Origin: Terriglobia bacterium
Lineage (GTDB): Bacteria > Acidobacteriota > Terriglobia > Bryobacterales > UBA6623
Length of the DNA: 64,000 nt
Direction of reading: 5' to 3'
Assembly (NCBI GenBank): GCA_009838515.1
Contig: VXRL01000040.1
Coordinates: forward strand, 221,348 to 285,347
Shown: piece after piece, positions 18,250 to 28,566 of the stretch
Layout: the number at the start of each line of letters is the position of its first letter
How positions within the stretch are numbered: the first letter of the stretch is position 1
Made by a program: the position numbers and the translations under genes
The notes under the pieces: generated by a model
What the model saw: the letters and a program-made list of their open reading frames with translations, nothing else
Told to the model about the DNA's origin: nothing
Databases searched by the model: none

Positions 18250-18465
18250 CGGATACATCCTCCCAGCGGCCCCAAGGCTCGCCCAGCACCGCTAGCTTCC
18301 AGTGTACCGCCACCAACCTTCGTTCTGAACGCCGTCACCGGCAAGCGAACCGCGCCGCACGGCAAGACCGGCGCTGCCCGCGAAGGCGCGGCCCGCCTGC
18401 GAGATATAATGAGGTCGCTGCGTCCGGCCGCAGCACCCCTCCACGGCGTTCGGGTCCGACCACCG

Positions 18466-21324
18466 GTGCCACAGGAATACCTCGAAATCCGCGGCGCACG
18501 GGTTCACAACCTCAAGAACATCAGCCTGCGGCTGCCCCACAACCAGCTTATCGTGGTGACGGGGGTTTCGGGCTCGGGCAAGTCTTCGCTGGTGTTCGAC
18601 ATCGTCTACGCCGAGGGTCGGCGACGCTACGTCGAATCCCTCTCGTCGTACGCCAGGCAGTTCCTCGAGCGCATGGAACGACCCGATGCCGACGAAGTGC
18701 TAGGCATCGCTCCGACTGTCGCGATCCGGCAAAAAAACACCACCAGGAATCCCCGCTCGACCGTGGCGACGACCACGGAGATAGCCGATTTCCTGCGATT
18801 GCTGTTCGCGCGCGCAGGACGGACGTACTGCGCGAAGTGCGGCGACAGGGTCTCCCGGGACGGCGTGGAATCGGTCACCCAAAGCGTGCTGTCGCTGGAG
18901 CCGGGCAGTCGCTGGCACGCGCTGTTTCCGATCTCGTTGGACCAAGCGTATGAGGAATTCGACAGCGAAGGCGCGGAATTCGAGTCGCCCCTGGCGGGAA
19001 GGCTCGCGCAGCTGCGCGGACGCGGATTCAATCGCTTGTTCCAAGACGGCAAGATCTTCGAATTCTCTAACCCGGAATCCCTCTTGGATATCGATTTCGA
19101 AGAGCCGGTCTACGTCTTGGTCGACAGGCTCGCGGTCTCATCCGAGATCGGCGAGCGTGTCGCGGACGCCGTCGAGATCTCCTACCGCGAGTGCGGCGAA
19201 ATTCGCTTCGAGCAGGCCGGCCAGCCTGATCGCCACCTCCGATTCAGCAGCGCCTTCGAGTGCCGCCGCTGCGGCCTGAAACACCAACAGCTCCGCCCGC
19301 CGATGTTTAGCCTCCACTCGCCCGAAGGGCGCTGCCCATCGTGCCTCGGCAGCGGGCTCGCCGAAGGCTACTCCATGGAACTGGTCCTTGACGCACCCGA
19401 GCTCAGCTTGAGGCAAGGTCCGTTTCGGTTCGGCAGGAGGATGCTGGCGCCGTACCTGAACCGTTTGGTCAGAGCAGCGGCTAAAGCGAACATACCCATC
19501 GATGTCCCGTACCGAAACCTAAAGCCCGACGAGCGCAAGTTTCTGGAAGACGGCGGCCCGGGATTTGGCGGCTTGCAGGGAATACTCCGCGACTTGGCGC
19601 GGAAGCGCTACAAGCCGCAAGTGGCCGCAGCGCTAGCGAGCTGGCGAGGCCAAGTGCCGTGCGATACCTGCGACGGGAGGCGATTCGCGCCGGCGATCTT
19701 GAATGTGCGGGTAGGAGGCATGGCTATCGACCAAGTCTTGAGCCTGTCACTAGAGGATGCGATGCGGTTCTTTCAGAACCTGGAACTGGACCCGACCGAG
19801 ACCAAGGTGGCCGACCGAGTGCTGACCGAGATCCTGAACCGGCTCCGCTTTCTCACCGATGTCGGCTTGGGCTACTTGTCTCTGGATCGGAAGTCCAACA
19901 CGCTGTCGGGAGGGGAGGCCCAGAGGATCCAGCTGGCGAGCTCGCTGGGATCGCGCTTGGTCGGTGTCTGCTACGTGCTTGACGAGCCCTCGATCGGACT
20001 GCACAGCCGAGATACAGCCCGGCTCATCCGGGTCCTTCAGGAGTTGCGCGATCTGGGCAATACGATTTTCGTGGTCGAACACGATCGCGAGGTGATGCGC
20101 AGCGCAGATCGCTTGGTCGATCTCGGACCGGTCGGAGGCGAGCACGGCGGCCGCCTGTTGTTTAACGGGTCCTACAAGGCGATCTTGGCTGCCAACAACG
20201 GGTCGATCACTGCTCGCTATCTCAGCGGCCGTGCCAAGATACCGGCTCCAGCGCGGCGCAGGCCGCGCGGCGCTAGGTCTGCCCTCAGATTTCTCGGCGC
20301 GCAAGAGCACAATCTCAAGGCCATCGACGTCGAGATCCCTTTGGGGATGATGACCGTGGTGACCGGAGTCTCCGGTTCCGGCAAGTCGACGCTGCTGCAT
20401 AAGGTGGTTTACGACCACCTGAACCGGCATTGCAACCAAGCCAACCGACAGTGGTCTCCGTCTCAATCGAACATCGAAGGAGCAACGGTTCGAAAGGTCG
20501 AGGGTGCTCAGCGAATCGAGCAAGTGGTGTTGGTCGACCAGTCAGCGAACGACCGCGGAAACCGTTCGGTGCCCGCCACTTACATGGGCGTCTTCGATGA
20601 CATCAGGAACCTGTTCGCGCGGACATCGATGGCCATCAATCGAGGCTATACGCCGAGCTTCTTCTCGTTTAACGTAGATGGGGCCTCCCACTACTACCAG
20701 AGCGTCGTCGGCCGCTGCCCGACTTGCCGCGGAACCGGTCTGCAGACGATTGACATGCAGTTCCTCGCCGATGTCGAACTGACATGCGAGGAGTGCCAGG
20801 GACGTCGCTTTCAGGCCGAGATTCTTGAGGTCGAATACCGCGGCAAGAGCATTTGGGACGTGCTGCAATTGACGGTCGACGAGGCACTGCAGGTCTTTTC
20901 CGACAATCGCTCGATCTCGAGCCGGCTGCAAGTGCTGTCGGACGTGGGCTTGGGCTATATCCGCTTGGGCCAGCCGGCCGGGCAACTGTCCGGTGGCGAG
21001 GCGCAGCGCATGAAGCTGGCTATGTACCTCGCTGACCGGCGGTACAAGAAGACCCTGTACCTGTTCGACGAGCCCACCACAGGGTTACACTTCGAAGACA
21101 TCAAGAATCTGCTGGCGGCTTTTGACCGGCTGATCGAGAACGGAGCGAGCGTGATGGTCGTCGAGCACAACTTGGATGTGATCAAGTGTGCCGATTGGAT
21201 CATCGACCTCGGCCCGGAGGGCGGAGAGGCGGGCGGAGAAATCGTGGCGTGCGGTCCGCCGGAAACCATCGCTCAGTGCGAGCTTTCCCACACGGGACGC
21301 TTCTTGCGAGCCGCGCTGGCATGA
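18466..21324 (+). CDS. uvrA: Excinuclease ABC subunit A
   Basis: IRGARVHNLKNI, two GVSGSGKS Walker A motifs, LSGGEAQR signatures and Zn fingers. Start placed at GTG 18466; the longer ORF overlaps the TPR gene. Confidence 0.93.
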   Translation: MPQEYLEIRGARVHNLKNISLRLPHNQLIVVTGVSGSGKSSLVFDIVYAEGRRRYVESLSSYARQFLERMERPDADEVLGIAPTVAIRQKNTTRNPRSTVATTTEIADFLRLLFARAGRTYCAKCGDRVSRDGVESVTQSVLSLEPGSRWHALFPISLDQAYEEFDSEGAEFESPLAGRLAQLRGRGFNRLFQDGKIFEFSNPESLLDIDFEEPVYVLVDRLAVSSEIGERVADAVEISYRECGEIRFEQAGQPDRHLRFSSAFECRRCGLKHQQLRPPMFSLHSPEGRCPSCLGSGLAEGYSMELVLDAPELSLRQGPFRFGRRMLAPYLNRLVRAAAKANIPIDVPYRNLKPDERKFLEDGGPGFGGLQGILRDLARKRYKPQVAAALASWRGQVPCDTCDGRRFAPAILNVRVGGMAIDQVLSLSLEDAMRFFQNLELDPTETKVADRVLTEILNRLRFLTDVGLGYLSLDRKSNTLSGGEAQRIQLASSLGSRLVGVCYVLDEPSIGLHSRDTARLIRVLQELRDLGNTIFVVEHDREVMRSADRLVDLGPVGGEHGGRLLFNGSYKAILAANNGSITARYLSGRAKIPAPARRRPRGARSALRFLGAQEHNLKAIDVEIPLGMMTVVTGVSGSGKSTLLHKVVYDHLNRHCNQANRQWSPSQSNIEGATVRKVEGAQRIEQVVLVDQSANDRGNRSVPATYMGVFDDIRNLFARTSMAINRGYTPSFFSFNVDGASHYYQSVVGRCPTCRGTGLQTIDMQFLADVELTCEECQGRRFQAEILEVEYRGKSIWDVLQLTVDEALQVFSDNRSISSRLQVLSDVGLGYIRLGQPAGQLSGGEAQRMKLAMYLADRRYKKTLYLFDEPTTGLHFEDIKNLLAAFDRLIENGASVMVVEHNLDVIKCADWIIDLGPEGGEAGGEIVACGPPETIAQCELSHTGRFLRAALA

Positions 21325-21968
21325 GGTGGCTGATGTTGGCGGCACTGGCCGCTCCACTCGCAGCGCAGGACTGGGCGTTCCCCCACCGCACGCATCTAGC
21401 GATGGGCCTCGATTGCGGCACCTGCCACAGTGCGGCGAGGGACAGTTCGGAGGCCGGCGATAACCTGCTGCCCGGCGGCGCGCTTTGCGAAGCCTGCCAC
21501 AACGGCCAGACAGCGCCCGCCATCGATACCGCCCCGCTGAGCGGACGCGCGGGCACGGCCCGCAGCTTCCGCTTCGACCACTCGTTCCATCTCGGCTTGG
21601 GCGAGATCGCTCCGCTAGTCGCGGCCGCGATCGACAGCGGGAACTACTTCGGCAAGCCTGGCGACGCGCGGCGCTTTCTGGACAGTGCCGGCGAGTGTGG
21701 CGCCTGTCACCGAGGCCTCGCGGAAAGCACCCGGGTCGTGCCTGGAGCGCACATGCCGCAGATGGCCGACTGCATCGTCTGCCACACCAAGATCGACAAT
21801 CCGTTCAGCTGTCCGGACTGCCACGTCGAGGGGGCGGACCTGCGACCCGCCGACCACACCCGGGAATTCATCGACACCCACTCGACCGGCAAGGCAGGGC
21901 TGGACAAGATCTCGTGCCAGCCTTGCCACGGCCGCGTAGTGTCCGACGAGCCGGGATCGAGCGGCTAG
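21321..21968 (+). CDS. Periplasmic multiheme cytochrome c (c3/c7-like, 6 CxxCH)
   Basis: Signal peptide MRWLMLAALAAPLAA; CGTCH, CEACH, CGACH, CIVCH, CPDCH, CQPCH; FPHRTH/FDHSFH distal histidines; ATGA overlap with uvrA. Confidence 0.85.
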   Translation: MRWLMLAALAAPLAAQDWAFPHRTHLAMGLDCGTCHSAARDSSEAGDNLLPGGALCEACHNGQTAPAIDTAPLSGRAGTARSFRFDHSFHLGLGEIAPLVAAAIDSGNYFGKPGDARRFLDSAGECGACHRGLAESTRVVPGAHMPQMADCIVCHTKIDNPFSCPDCHVEGADLRPADHTREFIDTHSTGKAGLDKISCQPCHGRVVSDEPGSSG

Positions 21969-23269
21969 ACCTTGTCCGGCGCAGGTACCTCGAAGCCCTT
22001 GCGATACGACTTGGACAGCATCGCATTGGCCTGCTCGTCATTCTTGAAGCGCATCGAGGCGCGGTCGAACTTCAGCTTGTTGCCCCGCTGGAACGCGATG
22101 TTGCCCAAGTGCGCCAGTGCCGCCGAGTGGTGCGCGGACTCGACCGGGCCGTGCTGGTCTTCGGTCTTGCGGCTGCGCACCGCCTTGATGAAGTTCTCGT
22201 AGTGCTTGGTCGGCGACTCGCCGCTCTCGACGAGTTCCGGCCTGCGCCCGCGGTAAAGCTCCCACTTGGTGTAGCCGGAGATAACCAGATAGCCCTCCGA
22301 ACCGTAGAAGAGGTTGCCATTGGCCGACTGCGTTTCATGGTTGGAGTGCCAGAATCGGACGGCCACCTCGGCCATCTTGCGCTCCTGCTTGAATTGCAGC
22401 AGCGTGGTCAGCATCTCAGGCGTCTCGCGGTGGTCGTCCCAGATGTAGCGGCCGCCGGAAGACATGACCTCGTCGGGCAGCGTCACGTCCAAGCCCCACT
22501 GCAGCATGTCCAACTCGTGAATTCCCTGATTGCCGATCTCGCCGTTGCCAAAGTCCCAAGTCCAGTGCCAGTTGTAGTGCACGTGGCGCTTGGAGTAGGG
22601 GCGCCACTTGCCAGGTCCGACCCACAAGTCATAGTCCAGGCTGGACGGCGGCTGCTCATCCGGCTGTGCTTCCAGCGGCGGGCGCCACTTGAAGATCGTC
22701 GCCCGGCCCATGTAGACATCGCCGATGGCTCCGTCGCGCATTTTTTGAACGGCCTCGCGCACGGCCTCCGAACTACGCAACTGGACCCCGTGCTGGACGA
22801 TCCGGTTGTACTTCTTGGCGGCCGCGATCAGGCTCAGGCCCTCGTTGAACGTGTGGGTGGCAGGCTTCTCAACATAGACATCCTTGCCCGCTTGGCAGGC
22901 CCATATCGCCGCTAGCGTGTGCCAGTGGTTGGGCGTCGCGATGGTAATGACATCGATGTCCTTGTCTTCGATGACCTTGCGCAGGTCTTGCACGACGCTG
23001 GGGCGATGGCCGTGCTTTTGCTCGAATTCGCCGGCGCGCTTGCGCGCGATCTCCAGATCGGGATCGACGAAGGTCGTGACATCGACGTTGTTGATCGGCT
23101 GCAGCCCGTACATGTGGCTTTGGCCCCGGCCGTTCACGCCCAAGACTGCCGCGCGGATCCTATCGTTGGCCCCGATGACGCCGCTTCCTGCGGCGAACGC
23201 GGCAGCTGGCGCTGCGGCCGCCGCGGCCTTGACGAAGGTTCTTCGCTTAAGTGAGGTGCTTGGCTTCAT
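21965..23269 (-). CDS. Tat-exported Gfo/Idh/MocA oxidoreductase
   Basis: KRRTFVK Tat motif, ANDRIRAAVLGVNGRG, ATPNHWH, YVEKP. Confidence 0.9.
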   Translation of the reverse strand: MKPSTSLKRRTFVKAAAAAAPAAAFAAGSGVIGANDRIRAAVLGVNGRGQSHMYGLQPINNVDVTTFVDPDLEIARKRAGEFEQKHGHRPSVVQDLRKVIEDKDIDVITIATPNHWHTLAAIWACQAGKDVYVEKPATHTFNEGLSLIAAAKKYNRIVQHGVQLRSSEAVREAVQKMRDGAIGDVYMGRATIFKWRPPLEAQPDEQPPSSLDYDLWVGPGKWRPYSKRHVHYNWHWTWDFGNGEIGNQGIHELDMLQWGLDVTLPDEVMSSGGRYIWDDHRETPEMLTTLLQFKQERKMAEVAVRFWHSNHETQSANGNLFYGSEGYLVISGYTKWELYRGRRPELVESGESPTKHYENFIKAVRSRKTEDQHGPVESAHHSAALAHLGNIAFQRGNKLKFDRASMRFKNDEQANAMLSKSYRKGFEVPAPDKV

Positions 23270-23387
23270 GGCGTATACGCTCCGCAGATCATCCTACCGC
23301 ATCGAGCGGGTTGCGGCAATCCGCTGCAAGCCATTCCGCGCCGTCCGGTTGGCCGTGCGCGAGATCCCCGCGGGGAATCGAGGGCCG

Positions 23388-23984
23388 CTAGGCTCTCGTC
23401 GCGAACAGCGCGGCCTGAGACGCCGGCAGCACACGCACTTGCGCCTCCAGCGAGCTAAACCGCAGCAACCGACCCAGCTCCCTGAACCGATCCAAGGCAG
23501 AGCCCCTTAGGTCGGCCGCGAACACGTCGGCGCAGTCGGAGTACGAGTACCGCTCGCAGCGGGGCGACTGCTCGGCGAGCAGTGCGAGCGCAGGGTCCCA
23601 AAAGCCCTGCCGTCGCAGGAATCGCCTCTGCTGGCCAACTTCGCGGGAGATCTCAAAGTCTCCGCGCATGCCGCGCAGCAGCATTCTGTCACAGCGCGCA
23701 ATGTCGAACTCGCGCTTGGGGTCATAGTCGGGGAAACGGCCAAGGAGCGCGGCCATCTGGCCTGAAGCCAGCGAGAACGGGCTCCAGCGGAAGCGCGAAT
23801 CGCCGCTGACCAAGGACCCGCGCAAGAAGATCCGCGCGATGCGCTCGGAATCCTTGCCGCAGACTCCCAAGACCTTCGAGGCTAGTTCCTCAAGCGGAAG
23901 GTCGACCCTTGCCACCGCCGCCATGTTCACGTAGCCGGCCGATTCCGAGCTCACCTTGCAAGTGATGGTCTCCGGCAGCGCCAA
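23388..23984 (-). CDS. Conserved hypothetical protein
   Basis: Open frame with normal codon usage; TATCAT 6 nt upstream of TTG at 23984. Confidence 0.6.
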   Translation of the reverse strand: MALPETITCKVSSESAGYVNMAAVARVDLPLEELASKVLGVCGKDSERIARIFLRGSLVSGDSRFRWSPFSLASGQMAALLGRFPDYDPKREFDIARCDRMLLRGMRGDFEISREVGQQRRFLRRQGFWDPALALLAEQSPRCERYSYSDCADVFAADLRGSALDRFRELGRLLRFSSLEAQVRVLPASQAALFATRA

Positions 23985-24085
23985 ACAGCCATGATAGTTG
24001 GGCGCGGCCCCACACGCGGGCTGCGCAAGGCTCACTTGTGGGGCGCGGCAGCGCAGCGCCTACGCCGGCGTTGGCGTCGGCCTAG

Positions 24086-24985
24086 TCACTCGATGAAGGC
24101 ATGCTTCCGCAGCGCCTCGCTCAACGCAGGCTCCTCCCAGAACACGAGTCGTTCCAAGACCGACCCCTCTTCGAGCATTGCACCGTAGGGAACGTCTTCG
24201 AACACGAAGGTCTCCCTCAAGCGCTCCGCGTCGGGCGAGAGCTTCACACCAGTCAGCCCGGCATCCTGCAAGAAGCCCGGCCCCCAGTCCGGATCTTGGG
24301 TAGGGATGCCGACGAAGTCCACGAGCCACTCGTACTTGGCCATCGTCTGCCCGGCGTGCAGACAGTGCATGCACGAGGGGTTGAAGAAGAACAGGAACAC
24401 CTTGCCCTGCCGCACGTCGAACTCGCTGCCATCCACGCTGATCGGCGCGATGCCGGCTAGCTCGGGCGGAGGCTGGATGCGGTCTACTCCGAGCATGCCC
24501 ACCGCGAATGCCGCCACGGCCAATGCCGCGATTCCGGCGCTGCGCGCATTCTTGGATGGCTGGGAGAACCGCACAGCCACGAGCGCAACCGCCACCATCG
24601 CGGCGTCGCTCCAGAAGAAGGCCGGGCCGACGGCCCGCTCGAGCCACGGGAAGCAGGAGCAATCTTCGCCCTGCAACGTCTGGTAGTTCACTGCCATGTA
24701 GGCCATGAACGCCGCGAGCAAGGCCACCGACAGCCATCCGCCCCAGCGGCGCCACGCCGGTCGCAACAGCAAGACGCCCGCGACGACCTCTGCCACGCCC
24801 ACGGCCAACGTGCCCGCCAGGCTCAACTGCACTGGCACGAGCAGCTGCGTCAGCTTGAGCTGCCAGCCCGAAATGTCGGTGAGCTTCCACAGGCCTGCGC
24901 TAAACCACAGTGCGGCCATCACTACCGCGGCGGTCCAGCCCAGCCAATCAGCCCATTTTGGTCGCGCAGCAATCGCAGTCGACAT
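24086..24985 (-). CDS. MauE/DoxX membrane protein fused to a thioredoxin-like CxxC domain
   Basis: AGLWKL, EVVAGVLLL, DCSCF MauE motif, several TM helices, FFNPSCMHC. Confidence 0.75.
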   Translation of the reverse strand: MSTAIAARPKWADWLGWTAAVVMAALWFSAGLWKLTDISGWQLKLTQLLVPVQLSLAGTLAVGVAEVVAGVLLLRPAWRRWGGWLSVALLAAFMAYMAVNYQTLQGEDCSCFPWLERAVGPAFFWSDAAMVAVALVAVRFSQPSKNARSAGIAALAVAAFAVGMLGVDRIQPPPELAGIAPISVDGSEFDVRQGKVFLFFFNPSCMHCLHAGQTMAKYEWLVDFVGIPTQDPDWGPGFLQDAGLTGVKLSPDAERLRETFVFEDVPYGAMLEEGSVLERLVFWEEPALSEALRKHAFIE

Positions 24986-25094
24986 GTGTTCCCAGCGCCG
25001 GAGCTCGAGGCCAGCGCAAGGCCTCTCTTCGAGTATATGGTCGCCGTGCCGCCGAGTCGGGGCCTCGGCATGGTTCTGCGACAATCGTGGTGCG

Positions 25095-26168
25095 ATGCAA
25101 AAGTCGGATGGCATGAACTACGCGCCGCAGGGCAAGGCCAGGCCGGTGGTCGAGGCCGGCACCTTCGCCATCGCGGCGGCGGCGCTCGACCACGGACACA
25201 TTTACGGGATGTGCAACGGGCTCACGGAGGCCGGCGCGGACCTGAAGTGGGTGTATGACGCAGACCCGGCTCGGGTCGAGCAGTTCCTCAAGTCGTTCCC
25301 GCAGGCCAGGGCGGCCCGCAGCCTGGACGAGATCCTGCAGGACGAAGAGGTGCGCTTGGTCGCTTCGGCTGCCATACCGAACCTGCGCTGCCAGCTGGGC
25401 TGCGAGGTCATGCGGCACGGCAAGGACTACTTCACCGACAAGGCGCCGATGACCACGCTGGAGCAGCTGGCCGAGGCAAAGCGGCAAGCCGCGGCCACGG
25501 GCAGGAAGTACGCGGTCTACTACAGCGAGCGCCTCCACACCGAGTGCTCGATCTATGCCGGAAACCTGATCGATGGCGGTGCCATCGGACGGGTCCTGCA
25601 GGTTATCGGCATGGGGCCGCACAGGCTCAACGCCCCGTCGCGGCCGGACTGGTTCTTCGACTTTGGGCAATACGGCGGGATCCTGTGCGACATCGGCAGC
25701 CACCAGATCGAGCAGTTCCTCCACTTCAGCGGAGCCGGCGACGCCACCGTGACTTCCAGCCGCGTCGCCAACTACAACAATCCCGACCGCCCCGAACTGG
25801 AAGACTTCGGAGACGCGGCTCTGGTGGCGGACAACGGCGCGACGAACTACTTTCGAGTCGACTGGTTCACGCCGGACGGTCTTGGCGCGTGGGGTGACGG
25901 CAGGACCTTCATCCTCGGCACGCAAGGCTACATCGAGCTCCGCAAGTACCTTGATGTAGGCCGCGATTCGGAATCAGACCAGCTCTATCTGGTCGATGGC
26001 AAGGGCGAGCAGCATATCCGCACGCACGACACCGTAGGCTTCCCTTTCTTCGGGCAGCTGATCGTGGACTGCCTTGAACGCACCGAACGCGCGATGACAC
26101 AGGAGCACACCTTCAAAGCGGCGGAGCTCTGCTTGGTCGCCCAGCGGGATGCCCAGCGCGTGGCTTAG
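25095..26168 (+). CDS. Gfo/Idh/MocA oxidoreductase
   Basis: DGMNYAP, LDHGHIYGM, FTDKAP, GGILCDIGSHQ, RVDWFTPDG. Confidence 0.9.
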   Translation: MQKSDGMNYAPQGKARPVVEAGTFAIAAAALDHGHIYGMCNGLTEAGADLKWVYDADPARVEQFLKSFPQARAARSLDEILQDEEVRLVASAAIPNLRCQLGCEVMRHGKDYFTDKAPMTTLEQLAEAKRQAAATGRKYAVYYSERLHTECSIYAGNLIDGGAIGRVLQVIGMGPHRLNAPSRPDWFFDFGQYGGILCDIGSHQIEQFLHFSGAGDATVTSSRVANYNNPDRPELEDFGDAALVADNGATNYFRVDWFTPDGLGAWGDGRTFILGTQGYIELRKYLDVGRDSESDQLYLVDGKGEQHIRTHDTVGFPFFGQLIVDCLERTERAMTQEHTFKAAELCLVAQRDAQRVA

Positions 26169-26174
26169 CGCACA

Positions 26175-27311
26175 GTGGTGTTCGTCACGGCGGTCGGCCT
26201 GCTGGCGGCCGCCTCTTGCGCCTACTACCTAGCCGTTCTCGTGGTCCTTTGGCGACACAGCCGCGACCAGTCGGGTGCGCCGACGGAACCCAGGTCCCGA
26301 CCCGGGATCACAATTCTCAAGCCAGCGAGCGGAGTCGGGGCGGATTTCGTCAACCTGCTCAGGTCTCACGCCGTTCAGGACTACCCTGATTTCGAGATTC
26401 TGGTCGGTGTCGGCGGCGATGACAGCCTGGCTCGCGCGGCGGTCTGCGAGGTGCAAGCCGATTTCCCCCTCGCACGGATCAAACTCGTCGATTGCCCGGC
26501 CCCCGCGCGGGGATGCAACGGAAAAGTCGCAGCCCTGCAGGAATTGGCGCGACACGCGTCCAAGCCAGTCTGGGTGCTGAGCGACGCAGATATCGGCGTG
26601 CCCGAGCGCTACCTCGCCAGCCTGAGCGCAGAACTGCAGGCACCCAACACGGGCATGGTGACGTGCCTGTATCGGGCCGAGCCCGACGCTTCCCTGCTAA
26701 CCCGCCTGGAGGCCAGTCGCATCAACACCGAATTCCCTGCCCAAGTGCTCATGGCGAAGAACTTGCAAGGGCTTCGCTTCGGCCTTGGCTCGTCCATGGC
26801 GCTGCGCGCCGAGACGCTGGCCGGCGTGGGCGGATTCCCGGCACTGCGCAACGTGATCGGGGACGACTATCACCTAGGGGCCAGAGTCGCAGCCAAGGGC
26901 CTGTCCGTGAGGCTCTCGGCCCTGCCCGTGAGCACCCGCTTGTCTCGCGGCACGACATGGAAGCAGTCTTGGAGACGCCAGCTGCGCTGGTCGAGAACCA
27001 TCCGCAAGCAGCGCCCGCTGGGCCACTTCTCCCTCGTAGTCACCTTCGCGGTTCCTTGGTCGGTGCTGGCGCTGCTGGCGGAACCGGGCACTCTGTGGCC
27101 GCTGGCAGCAGCTGCGATCGGCCTGCGGCTCTTGGCCGGCCATTCGGCCGCGCGGCTGGTCCGTGCCCAGAACAGGGCGCGTTCGCTATGGCTCATCCCC
27201 GCGGCGGACCTTTGCGCCGCAGCGGTCTGGCTCGGCAGCCTGTTCGGCAACGAGGTCTGGTGGGCTGGCCGACGCCTCAGGCTCGGCCCACAGGGACGGA
27301 TCCTCAGCTGA
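26175..27311 (+). CDS. hpnI: Hopanoid-associated GT2 glycosyltransferase (ceramide glucosyltransferase-like)
   Basis: ILKP, QDYP, NGKV, SDAD, GDDY and RQLRWSRTIR motifs; near shc/hpnH. Confidence 0.75.
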   Translation: MVFVTAVGLLAAASCAYYLAVLVVLWRHSRDQSGAPTEPRSRPGITILKPASGVGADFVNLLRSHAVQDYPDFEILVGVGGDDSLARAAVCEVQADFPLARIKLVDCPAPARGCNGKVAALQELARHASKPVWVLSDADIGVPERYLASLSAELQAPNTGMVTCLYRAEPDASLLTRLEASRINTEFPAQVLMAKNLQGLRFGLGSSMALRAETLAGVGGFPALRNVIGDDYHLGARVAAKGLSVRLSALPVSTRLSRGTTWKQSWRRQLRWSRTIRKQRPLGHFSLVVTFAVPWSVLALLAEPGTLWPLAAAAIGLRLLAGHSAARLVRAQNRARSLWLIPAADLCAAAVWLGSLFGNEVWWAGRRLRLGPQGRILS

Positions 27312-27329
27312 TCCCGTCGCGGGGAGCGC

Positions 27330-27755
27330 TCACGCCGCAGCGGCGGGCTCTTCCAGCCAATCCGCCTCGGCTCCCGGTTCCGGAAGAATTCGCCCGGCCT
27401 CCATCGTCCACGAGGCGGGCGCCTCGGTGATGCGTCCGCTGACCATATCGGCCGGAACCCCGGCAATCTCCGAGAACTTCCCGATCAAGCCGCCCAAAAT
27501 CAGGCGCTTCGTGTCCTCCGAGCGGCCCGCCCGGTTGCCGCCGGCGATGAAGTACGGCGTGTCATAGCGCAGCACGCCGCTCCCGTGTGAGTCCGCCACC
27601 TCGCCGGAACCATCCGTCTCAAGAAACGCGACCTGCACAAAACTCCGCGGCGCGGTTGAGAGGCCGCAATGCACGTCGGTGAATGCTACTGCGATCTCCT
27701 CGCGCTGCTCATAGGTGAGCGAGTCCTTCGGAATCAAGCAACGATAGAATGGCAT
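27330..27755 (-). CDS. Tautomerase-superfamily protein (cis-CaaD-like, Pro-1)
   Basis: MPFYRC start gives N-terminal Pro; IAVAFTDVHCGLSTAPRSFVQV, RAGRS, MEAGRILPEPGAE. Confidence 0.8.
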   Translation of the reverse strand: MPFYRCLIPKDSLTYEQREEIAVAFTDVHCGLSTAPRSFVQVAFLETDGSGEVADSHGSGVLRYDTPYFIAGGNRAGRSEDTKRLILGGLIGKFSEIAGVPADMVSGRITEAPASWTMEAGRILPEPGAEADWLEEPAAAA

Positions 27756-27782
27756 GCGCTCTACTCCTTGTCTCTGGGACGC

Positions 27783-28115
27783 TCAGCCCGCCCAGCTCCA
27801 GTCGCGGGCGGACACAATGACCTCGTCCTCAGTCGCACCCGTCAGGTTACACCACGTCTCCGCGATCGACCGAAGGAACTGGGCCCGCACGTCGGAACCG
27901 TGCCCGTCCGGTATGCGGCTGCGGACTAGGGAGGTGGTCGACGGCTCCCCGCCTCGAAAACCGAACCCTTTGCGGATCACCGTCCACGAGACCGATACAG
28001 GGCCTGCCTCTGCACCTAGCACTTCGGCGCAGACCGACTCGATGTCTGCGACGATCCGAGCCCGGCTTTCTTCAGGGACGCAGCCCTCCTGCACGAAGAA
28101 CTCGAAGGTGACCAT
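27783..28115 (-). CDS. Tautomerase-like protein lacking Pro-1
   Basis: Beta-alpha-beta pattern; GFGFRGGEPSTTSLV; TATAAT 6 nt upstream of ATG 28115. Confidence 0.55.
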   Translation of the reverse strand: MVTFEFFVQEGCVPEESRARIVADIESVCAEVLGAEAGPVSVSWTVIRKGFGFRGGEPSTTSLVRSRIPDGHGSDVRAQFLRSIAETWCNLTGATEDEVIVSARDWSWAG

Positions 28116-28299
28116 TTGCGAATTATATCCAAGCCCAACAGAAAAGCTGCTCAGAACCCCGCTGCGCTTCAAGCATGTAGCGGAATCCACAGCCTGAGCT
28201 GCCAGAACTCTACTCCTAGCGATGTCTAGGCCTATACCTGCGTCACTGTGTCCGAGCCCGATGGTTAGACCGGCAGTGTATGCTGTGTTGGAATCTGCC

Positions 28300-28566
28300 A
28301 TGCCCCACACGAGCGTGTATTTCCCGCGATCCGTGCTCTCCGGGCTGGACCGCGTCGCAGAGGAACGAGGTATGAGCCGGAACGGGCTGATCGTGGAGTC
28401 GTGTCGGCGGGTCGTGGGAGAGCGGACACGCTGGCCAGCGGACTTGTTCTCGAACGATCACTTGAGCCAGCCAGACTTACAACTCCTCCGTGACGGCCGA
28501 GATGCCTTTCTGGACCCTATCTCACGCGTCCGCCTGCATGATCGCAGCGGTCGCCCTCTGCGATGA
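28300..28566 (+). CDS. RHH/CopG-type antitoxin (C-terminus probably altered by deletion)
   Basis: TSVYFPRSVLSGLDRVAEERGMSRNGLIVESCRR RHH pattern. Confidence 0.65.
   Translation: MPHTSVYFPRSVLSGLDRVAEERGMSRNGLIVESCRRVVGERTRWPADLFSNDHLSQPDLQLLRDGRDAFLDPISRVRLHDRSGRPLR

Noticed and set aside
17749-18465. 239-aa N-terminal extension of UvrA
   Set aside because: Overlaps the TPR gene on the opposite strand; UvrA homology begins at 18466.
24705-25094. N-terminal extension of the Gfo/Idh/MocA ORF
   Set aside because: Antisense to the MauE/DoxX gene; the family-like sequence starts at 25095.
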